IMG/VR virus record: IMGVR_UViG_3300003962_000201
DNA length: 64,000 bases
Reading direction: 5' to 3' (one strand)
Origin: an uncultured virus (IMG/VR IMGVR_UViG_3300003962_000201)
Lineage: Duplodnaviria > Heunggongvirae > Uroviricota > Caudoviricetes
A program made the translations under genes and the position numbers. The number at the start of each line of letters is the position of its first letter. Positions within the stretch are counted from its first letter, which is position 1. The notes under the pieces are model-generated. The model saw nothing but the letters and a program-made list of their open reading frames with translations. It was not told where the DNA came from and did not search any database. Positions 46,396 to 54,600 of this stretch are shown one piece after another.

Positions 46396-46656
46396 ATGGA
46401 AACTCTTATCAAATGTATCTTTGACCCCAAAACAAAAAGTTCCTATTTTTTTGATGTTAGTATTTTTAAGATTTTTACAAAAACGCCAAACACTAAAGAA
46501 AAATTGGTTATTTTATGCGCAACTTTTGACATTGGAGACGGCAATATTTTTGAATTTGATGATTTTGAATGTTTTAATTTTGAACTTCACGGAAACGAAA
46601 AGTTTATTAGTCCGTCTCTTTCTCAAATCAAACTTTTTAAGGAACTCTCAAAATGA
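46396..46656 (+). CDS. Microprotein, C-terminal-helix family (…PSLSQIKLFKEL-SK)
   Basis: Motif present; FDVSIF resembles the array members' FEFSIF. Confidence 0.72.
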   Translation: METLIKCIFDPKTKSSYFFDVSIFKIFTKTPNTKEKLVILCATFDIGDGNIFEFDDFECFNFELHGNEKFISPSLSQIKLFKELSK

Positions 46657-46844
46657 AATACAAATTAGAATTAATTTTTAACAGCGGGGATAATAAGTGG
46701 TACTATGAAATAAAGCCAGGCGAGATTTGGATTGAGTCAAAAATAGACCATGATGGTTTGCTTGGACCTTATTACGACGCCCGGGAAGCGATTGGAAGCG
46801 TTGATAAAGATTTTAGAAAGTGGAAAGAAGGATGGTATAGATGA
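46653..46844 (+). CDS. Small hypothetical protein
   Basis: ATGA-coupled at both ends. Confidence 0.7.
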   Translation: MKYKLELIFNSGDNKWYYEIKPGEIWIESKIDHDGLLGPYYDAREAIGSVDKDFRKWKEGWYR

Positions 46845-47809
46845 CTAAACAAAAATTAGCAATAATTTCCGGTGTTTCCGGACAAGATGGATCGTACTTG
46901 TCAGAGCTTCTTTTACAAAAAGGGTACAAAGTTGTTGGATTAAAGAGAAGAACTTCTTTAATAAATACAGATAGGATAGACCATCTTTTAGATAATCCAA
47001 ACTTCTCTCTTGTTTATTGGGATGTTCATGATACGACTCGTTATTTTGCCCTTATCAAAGAATACCAGCCTGATGAAATTTATAATCTCGCCGCACAATC
47101 CCATGTAAAGGTTTCTTTTATTGTTCCGGAAGAAACATTCTTAAATGCCTCCACTTCCACCCTTCGCTGGCTAGAGGCTATCAAAACATTAAAGCCCGAT
47201 ACGAAGTTTTATCAGGCCTCGTCAAGCGAGCTATACGGGGATGAACCGTGTCCTCTTACTGGCTTTGATGAAAACTCAAAAATGTCTCCAGCAAGTCCTT
47301 ACGCAATTGGAAAACTTGCTGCGCATCATCTTGTCAGAAATTACCGAATTTCCTATGGGCTTTTTGCTTGCTCTGGTATTCTTTTCAATCATACCTCGCC
47401 ACGAAGAGGCGAAAACTTTGTTTGCCGAAAAATTGTTGATGGTGTCAAAGCCATTCGCGATGGAAAACAAAAAGAATTATTTTTAGGAAACCTTGACGCA
47501 GTTCGGGATTTTTCACATAGTCAAGATTGCGTTGAAATGATGTTTCTTATGATGCAGCAAGACAAGCCGGACGATTTTGTCATCGGGTCAGGTGAAACCA
47601 TAAGTATTCGTGATTTTTGCGCAACGGCATTTGATTTGGCTTCATTAAATTGGGAAGATTATGTTAGAATTGACCCGAAATTTTTTAGGCCACACGAGGT
47701 TCCGTTTTTGAAGGCAAATACACTAAAAGCCCAAAAACAACTTGGATGGAAGCCGAAATTTTCAATAGAAGAAATAATAAAGGATTTATACGAAGGAAAC
47801 TCAAAATGA
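46841..47809 (+). CDS. gmd: GDP-mannose 4,6-dehydratase
   Basis: GVSGQDGSYL; YNLAAQSHVKVSF; YQASSSELYG; GILFNH.SPRRGE.FV.RK. Confidence 0.95.
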   Translation: MTKQKLAIISGVSGQDGSYLSELLLQKGYKVVGLKRRTSLINTDRIDHLLDNPNFSLVYWDVHDTTRYFALIKEYQPDEIYNLAAQSHVKVSFIVPEETFLNASTSTLRWLEAIKTLKPDTKFYQASSSELYGDEPCPLTGFDENSKMSPASPYAIGKLAAHHLVRNYRISYGLFACSGILFNHTSPRRGENFVCRKIVDGVKAIRDGKQKELFLGNLDAVRDFSHSQDCVEMMFLMMQQDKPDDFVIGSGETISIRDFCATAFDLASLNWEDYVRIDPKFFRPHEVPFLKANTLKAQKQLGWKPKFSIEEIIKDLYEGNSK

Positions 47810-48006
47810 CCAATTTAAAACTCTCCGAAAACGCTAGAAAACAACTCTCGAAATGCCTTATGAAGGCCATGGTTGAACCTGGCACGACAACTCACGAAAT
47901 TTTAGGAAATCTTAACTTTTGGCTTGACGAAAATAACGACTTGGATTGCGACTCCGTTTCAATAACTTTCCCGGTGGTTCCGCAAACCGAGCCAGCCGAA
48001 GGGTAA
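47806..48006 (+). CDS. Small hypothetical protein
   Basis: ATGA overlap with gmd (MTNLKLSE…). Confidence 0.65.
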   Translation: MTNLKLSENARKQLSKCLMKAMVEPGTTTHEILGNLNFWLDENNDLDCDSVSITFPVVPQTEPAEG

Positions 48007-48007
48007 A

Positions 48008-48250
48008 ATGCCTTTTTATTCGTTTAAGTGCAACTCTTGCTCGAAGGAGTTCGAAATTTTTTTAAAAATGGGCCAAAAACCCGAAAAAACTCCTTGTTGT
48101 TCTTCTTTGGAATTTGAAAAAATTATAACAAAAGTTTCTCTTTCCGGCCTAACAACCGACGAAAAAAAACTTAATGCGATAAATGAAGAGATAAGAGAAA
48201 ATAGAGAAATCTTGGAAGAGATGAAAAAAGATTTAAAAAATAGGAGATAA
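48008..48250 (+). CDS. FmdB-family zinc-ribbon protein
   Basis: MPFYSFKCNSCSKEFE…PCCSS. Confidence 0.8.
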   Translation: MPFYSFKCNSCSKEFEIFLKMGQKPEKTPCCSSLEFEKIITKVSLSGLTTDEKKLNAINEEIRENREILEEMKKDLKNRR

Positions 48251-48252
48251 TT

Positions 48253-48621
48253 ATGATACTTATAACTCTATGTTTATTGCTTTCAATAAGTTTAAATGCG
48301 ATTCTCGGTTGGTATGCGCATCAAAGTGCAAAAAGAATTTCTTACATAAACGAAAATCTTTCATTTCTCTATGTTCTAATCGACTCGTTCTTGGAGCACA
48401 CCAAGACGGTTTACGAGTTGGAAACGATTTACGGCGACCAGGAGATGAAAGGTTTGGTTCAACACGCTCATGCTCTTCGAGAGCAGATCGGAGGTCTTCT
48501 TGAAACCTACGACCTCTCCCAAGAAAATCTCCAAGAAGAGCTTGAAAGAATCCGAATCTCACCCGATGACGATGAGGGTTCCTCCGAAACTCCGCCGGAA
48601 GCGCAACAAAGCCAATCCTAA
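48253..48621 (+). CDS. Membrane-anchored hypothetical protein
   Basis: N-terminal hydrophobic helix. Confidence 0.75.
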   Translation: MILITLCLLLSISLNAILGWYAHQSAKRISYINENLSFLYVLIDSFLEHTKTVYELETIYGDQEMKGLVQHAHALREQIGGLLETYDLSQENLQEELERIRISPDDDEGSSETPPEAQQSQS

Positions 48622-49279
48622 TAACATTTATTTTAATGCAACTCACGAAAAAGCAGTTGTTGATTATGCATCCTCAATTGATTTTAAAGAACGCGATAAG
48701 ATTTATACAACAATTTTAAAACCTGTTCTTCGCGAGATTATTGACAAAATTGTTTTCAAGTATAAATTCAACGCTCTTCCAAACATCGATGTCCTTAAAG
48801 ATGAATGCGAAGCTTGGATAGGTTCCGTTCTGGATAAATTTGATACATCCAAGGGGTTTAAGGCATTTTCCTATTTCAGCGTCATAACAAAAAACTGGTT
48901 CATTTTCAAAGTCAAGACAAACGCAAAGCAACTTAACCGAGAGTTGCCTATAGAAGAAACCATTATAAACAATAACGCCGATAAAATGTCGGTTTTTAAC
49001 CGATACGAAATTGAGCGGGAACAAAAAGAATTTATTAAAGGATTTTTTGAGTACATAAAATTTCACGGACATCCCGAACAATTTGACAGCGAAGAAAAGA
49101 AAGTCTATTACGCGATAGAATACTTGGTTGACAACATCGACTTGATTGATGATTTTAATAAGAAAAGAATTAATCTCTTTATTGATGAGTATACCAAACT
49201 TGAAAGTAAAAAGCGGGTCAAGGCATTAAAAAAGTTTAAGACATTTTACAACATTTATCGTAAAAAAGTTTATAACTAA
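48566..49279 (+). CDS. Phage late-transcription sigma factor (T4 gp55-like)
   Basis: YF…E.AVVDY…LDKFDTSKGFKAFSYFSVITKN resembles sigma region 2 of gp55-like proteins; sits directly upstream of the virion module. Confidence 0.7.
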   Translation: MTMRVPPKLRRKRNKANPNNIYFNATHEKAVVDYASSIDFKERDKIYTTILKPVLREIIDKIVFKYKFNALPNIDVLKDECEAWIGSVLDKFDTSKGFKAFSYFSVITKNWFIFKVKTNAKQLNRELPIEETIINNNADKMSVFNRYEIEREQKEFIKGFFEYIKFHGHPEQFDSEEKKVYYAIEYLVDNIDLIDDFNKKRINLFIDEYTKLESKKRVKALKKFKTFYNIYRKKVYN

Positions 49280-49288
49280 TTATTTTTA

Positions 49289-49582
49289 ATGGCTAAAAAA
49301 AAGGATAAAACTCTCGTCGAAGAGGCCATCGAAAACATTCGGACAGATAGAGCGTCGGCCTCGGACGTTCTGGAAAGGCTTATTCAAAGTGTTTCGAGTT
49401 CTTTGGATTTTCGCGATGTTGCGGTCTCTTGCACCAAGGCCCTCGAAACCTTGCAGAGAAGCAACGAGCAATTGGTTCGATTAGCGACAACAAAAACAAT
49501 TCAAGCGGAAGAAGAAGATTTTTCCCTCTCAAAAGAAGAAGAACAACGCCTTTTCGAAGAAATAAAAAAACCTATTAATTAA
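49289..49582 (+). CDS. Conserved large-phage hypothetical protein
   Basis: EAIENIRTDR…LETLQRSNEQLVRL. Confidence 0.8.
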   Translation: MAKKKDKTLVEEAIENIRTDRASASDVLERLIQSVSSSLDFRDVAVSCTKALETLQRSNEQLVRLATTKTIQAEEEDFSLSKEEEQRLFEEIKKPIN

Positions 49583-49587
49583 TTCGT

Positions 49588-50703
49588 ATGACCGACCAGC
49601 GAAGAATAAATCCGGCGTTCGGCGAACTTAATCCGGTCGAACCGAAGCAGACGAACGAGTTTTATTCCCCAAATGTTTCCACGGCCGTGGGAGCTTTGGG
49701 AACACTTGTCCGGTCTGCTTACGAACAAGATGCGGTTTCTGGGTTGGGCTTTCCCTTGAAAGGAATTGTTCTCCGTGTTAATCCGGAAACAAAAAGAAGC
49801 AATTGTTCTTCTTGGGTTGCTAATTTTAATTTATTAAAAGATGCGCCAACACTTAAAAGCGTTGTTGTTAGAATTCCCGAGTTGCATTCAGCAATTCCTC
49901 TTCCGGCTGTTTATGGGTTATTCCCTGGTTCTCACCAACAAATCATCGATTTGCACCCGTCTTTTTTATCAATAAATAAAGATGTCTCCAATCAACCGGT
50001 TGCGGAAGGAGATGTTGTGTATGTTGATTTCGGCAATAGAGCGAACTTGACGGACCCGATTTATCTTGGGCCGGTTTATCAAAAACCAAATCCGGGTGTG
50101 GTTGGAATTAAACCTATTCCTAACCAAAGCCTTTTTAATGACCCGGGAGAACTATTATTTACTCCGGTCGCACCGGTCATTCCAGACGAAGAGTTAATAA
50201 CTCCGTCAGCAACCATTCAGGAGGTTGCTTATTCCAAAGGCAACGATTTAGGTTTGGTTAATTTGATCGAATTGCCGGTCAAGTATCGGGCGCCTGGAGC
50301 AAATAAAGTTTTGGTTGTTGAAGAACAATACCCTAATTTGATTGAAATGCTTGACGCTGCGCACGCGGAAGGAGTAAACATAAAAGTTTCGTCAGCATTC
50401 CGGACAAATGCCGAACAAGAAATTCTTTATGACCTTTACAAAGCCAATAAGGGAAACTTGGCCGCTCGACCAGGGTATTCCGAGCACCAGAATGGAGTTG
50501 CTTACGATTTCTATCCCGCGACAGACTCAGATAGTCTTGAATGGGAGTGGCTGTCTTCCAATGCTCATCGCTACGGATTTTGGAATGCTGGTCGAGAATT
50601 CTCTAAACAGCGTGAAAACTGGCACTGGGAATTTGTTAGTGTTGATAGTTTTATTGCGCGAAGAGAAGGAAATTTAAGTTTAGCGGAAAAAAAGAGAGGT
50701 TAA
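49588..50703 (+). CDS. Baseplate-hub-like protein with C-terminal M15B (VanY-like) peptidase
   Basis: VRIPELH…GDVVYVDF OB-fold-like region; SAFRT..EQ…ARPGYSEHQNGVAYD…ENWHWEF. Confidence 0.8.
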   Translation: MTDQRRINPAFGELNPVEPKQTNEFYSPNVSTAVGALGTLVRSAYEQDAVSGLGFPLKGIVLRVNPETKRSNCSSWVANFNLLKDAPTLKSVVVRIPELHSAIPLPAVYGLFPGSHQQIIDLHPSFLSINKDVSNQPVAEGDVVYVDFGNRANLTDPIYLGPVYQKPNPGVVGIKPIPNQSLFNDPGELLFTPVAPVIPDEELITPSATIQEVAYSKGNDLGLVNLIELPVKYRAPGANKVLVVEEQYPNLIEMLDAAHAEGVNIKVSSAFRTNAEQEILYDLYKANKGNLAARPGYSEHQNGVAYDFYPATDSDSLEWEWLSSNAHRYGFWNAGREFSKQRENWHWEFVSVDSFIARREGNLSLAEKKRG

Positions 50704-50706
50704 TTT

Positions 50707-51627
50707 ATGACGAAAGAATTTGATAATAGCAACCTCGAGCCAACCTCCAAATCTCTTATCGACAACCTTCCAGGAGACCTTAAAACGCGCGCAAAAGGCC
50801 TTGCCGGAGCCCCTCTCGCCGAAGCTGTTCCGTCGTTTATAAAGGCTTCTGGAGATAAGGTTATCGAAGGCTCCAACAACGCCTTCATCGTCCTAACCCG
50901 CGACCGGCCAGCCTCTCGCGTTTCCGGCTACGGAGGCCTCGGGCACGCTGGCGCAGGAACTATCGATTTGGTTGTTGGTCGCCTTGGAAGTAACGCAAAA
51001 TCTTTTATCGACGGAAAACGAGTATGGGCCGACCCTAATTTTTCAACAGACGCCGCCCGAATTTACATTTCGCAGAAGACCGATGTTGATGATAATTTTA
51101 AACTCCCAAAAGGCACGGTCGGGAACACCAAAGGTCATTCAGCAATCGCTTTAAAAGCCGACGGAATTCGTCTTATCGGCCGGGAAGGAATTAAATTAAT
51201 AACCAAAAATGATGCGAAAAACTCACAAGGAGAAAGCATTTCATACATTCGCGGAATAGATTTAATTGCCGGCGGGGATGACGCAAATCTCCAACCAATC
51301 GCCTTGGGCGGGAACACCAAGGACGCGATTAAGGATTTGTACGGTAAAATTGAAGATTTGGCGGGCATCGTGGATGGGTTGCTTGACGAACAAATGAAGT
51401 TAAACCAAGCACTTACAACACATTTTCACATTTCGCCATTTTTTGGTTTGCCGACCAGCCCATCTCCAGAAGTCTTATCTGTCGGCCCGACCGTGATGCT
51501 CAACCATCTTGCCCAAACAAAAAGAAGCATTTTTTCTTTGAAATACAACATCGTCAATTCAAAGTTTAAATACACAAACCCAACATCAAAGAAATACATT
51601 TCCAGCCGATACAATAACACAAACTAA
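50707..51627 (+). CDS. Probable baseplate spike-associated protein
   Basis: DAARIYISQKTDVD; KADGIRLIGRE; HFH motif; gene context. Confidence 0.65.
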   Translation: MTKEFDNSNLEPTSKSLIDNLPGDLKTRAKGLAGAPLAEAVPSFIKASGDKVIEGSNNAFIVLTRDRPASRVSGYGGLGHAGAGTIDLVVGRLGSNAKSFIDGKRVWADPNFSTDAARIYISQKTDVDDNFKLPKGTVGNTKGHSAIALKADGIRLIGREGIKLITKNDAKNSQGESISYIRGIDLIAGGDDANLQPIALGGNTKDAIKDLYGKIEDLAGIVDGLLDEQMKLNQALTTHFHISPFFGLPTSPSPEVLSVGPTVMLNHLAQTKRSIFSLKYNIVNSKFKYTNPTSKKYISSRYNNTN

Positions 51628-51649
51628 AGCAAAATGTATTTATTCATAA

Positions 51650-54600
51650 ATGGAATGTCGTTCAACCCTTAACAAACCTTTACAGCCTAACTCAATTCCT
51701 GTAACCAAAGCAATTCCTCTTGATTGGGTAACTCTTCGCCTTGACCAACCCTATTTCGACTCTGCATCGGGGAATTATTTTATTTCTGTTCCTCTTATCA
51801 AAATTCCTCAAAATTCTCTTGATGAAGAAGAAATTCGCACCGCATCCATCACAATTGGGTCTTTGACCTTGCTCCAAATTCTTTCCAAGGTCAATACCGA
51901 AGAGACACGCCGCCAGGCTTCGGCAAATGCGTTTATGGCGGACATCTTCATCTCTTTACGCCCTAACCTGGTCTGCCCCGAAGCGACCGATAAGGTCCTT
52001 GTGGGCATTCCCAAGGCTGACCTCGACGCCATTCCCGAAGACCCGAACGCTCCTCTTCCAATTGCGAGCGATGAAATCATAACAACAACGGATAGACTTG
52101 TCGAGGATTTTAGAAGCCTTGCTGAAGTGATCGAAGAAATGGCGCAAACTTCTGGAGAAGAAATAAAACAACAATCAGGAATAGACATTTCCAAAGATGC
52201 CGACATCATTCAAAAAATTCCAAAAGTTATTGAGACCTTTTTGTTAAAAAATGGAATTATTTTTAATCAAGACCGACAAGATTTAATCGTCATCGGGCTT
52301 GATGCGAATAACATTCCTTTGTATTTCCTTTATGATGATGGTTCGGCCTCTTTAAATCTTCGCGGGTCTTTCGGTGAGTTGCGAGACATTTTTATTCCAA
52401 GAGTTTCAACTTATCTTAAAAACCTTGATTTTATTATTCGCCAAGGAAATGCCGGGCTTGGACTTTCCTCTCTTCTCGCTGAGCTCCCTGATTTATCTTT
52501 TCCAAACATTTCTGTTGATTTTCCTTTTGCGAATTTTAATCTCTCCGTTAAAGGAATAAGAGCAACATACGATACAGGATTGCCGAAAGATGAAGATGGA
52601 AAAGATAAAGAAGATGAAGAATTGGAGGAATTATCAAATAACAAAGATTTCTCCAAAAAAGTTCAAGAGCGTTTGGAGAATGTTTTTGACCAACGATTTG
52701 CTTTTTTGGAAAACATAAAAACTCTTGATGATGTCTATTCTCTTTTATTAAACAGGACGGACATAACTTGTTTCGCTTCATTCGCTCTTGAATGTCTTTC
52801 CAACAACCTTCCAAAGGACTTTATTAAATGCGAACTTATTAAATCATTTTTACGGAACCTTTCTGGAAAAGATTTTATAAGGGTTCTTAAAGAACTTAAT
52901 TTAACGATAGACATTTTGCCAGAGTTCGCCCAAAGTGTTCGGGAAGATTTGCTAATCTGTTATGAAGAACTTGACGAGAAAAACAAGAAAGAACTTCTAG
53001 ACCAAATCAATTTCAGGTTAAAGACAAACTTTATTGTTGCAGGGCAAATAAGAGAAATTTTATCAACCGAAGATGTTGTTAATTCTTTTGGTTTTCGCGG
53101 AAAGCTTATTCTTGAAGAGAAGTTTGTTTCTCAAAAAGATAAAGTTATTGATGATTTAATAAATCTCGTTGGTTGTGAAGCGTTCGCAAATCTTAACAAT
53201 TCTTCTCTTGTTGGGGCAACTTTGGCGAACTCGACCATCAACGCTTTGGAGCAGGGAAATCTTTGCGATTTAAATTTTAAGCTTCCTAAAATACCTTTTA
53301 TTGATTTTGATTTGCAATTGCCGACTTGGGATGCTTTAAAAATTATCTTTGATGAACTTGCTTTATCAATTTTGGAAGGAATAACGACAGCGTTTTTAGA
53401 ATTGGTTAAATCTCTTTTTGAACAATTGATAAGGGTTTGCGATGAAGATGGAATACCCGGAATAATTGATAATCTCGGGAATGGAGATTTTCTTAATTCC
53501 AACATCTTTAAGAATGCCTTGGCGAATTCTATTGGAATTGACCCGTCAGTTTTAACAGACCCGGAACAATTTCAGCAAGTTCTTGAAGGCGCTTTAACAA
53601 GATTAAATGTTGTTCCAACAATAACAGGAGATTTTGGAAACATCGGGGCAATTGCCGGGTCCATAACTCGCTTAATGGATGATTTGGGAGCAATCTTAAC
53701 GCCGACAGAATTGGCGAAATTGCTGAATGGAAATTCAACCGACGAAGTTAAACAAATTGTTGATTGTATCATAACTTCCAAGTATCCTGATTTGAATGTT
53801 GAAACAGACCCAGGAACCGATAAAAAAGAAAAAATAACAAATCTTTTTGGAACTCTCGGTGGTCTTATCAATAAACAGAAATTATTTGACGACATTATCT
53901 TGATAAATGATTTTGGGGATGATGATTTCTGCGACATCCAAAGCGATTTGGCGAAGAGAAAACTTCTTTCGGCCAAAGGATTAACTCCATCTCAAATTGA
54001 TAATGAAATCAATAAATTAAAAGCAAGAAAATTAGCGAGAATTTCTCAATTAGCAAACTTGATTGAAGACCCGAACTTCGCTCAGAAGTTTGTTCCGGGC
54101 ATCTGCTCCAATTCCTCTTTCTCTTTTAATCCTCCGCAAATGAATTTGTTTATGGAAAAAGCATTAAGAGGAATGTTTGATGGAACAAAAATGACTTTTG
54201 ACAGAGAAATAAACTCTTTTGTTCCATCATTAAAAGAAACTGTTTATGAAACAAAAACAGTTAGAAAGTTTATTGATGTTTCTTTTGAAAAAAATGATGG
54301 AAATGTTGTTTCCTCCAAAATTATTAATCCAGAATGGTCGCGACTTGTCGCTCAAGGGTTCCCTGATGAAATAAGAGATGAAAACGGACAGGTTCTTGAA
54401 GACGAGACCAATGATGTTGAGCGAGAGACGCAGACCTCTGTTCCGGCCGGCGTTGGAACCATCGCCGGAGGGCTGAAAAATGCCTTCAAGAACCTTTCAA
54501 GCGACAACATTTTGTTAAATGTTGATAATGGTTTGGTTTTCACCGTCCCAAATTCAAACGACCCTTATAGACAGACAACAAATAATTTACAATTTTTAAA

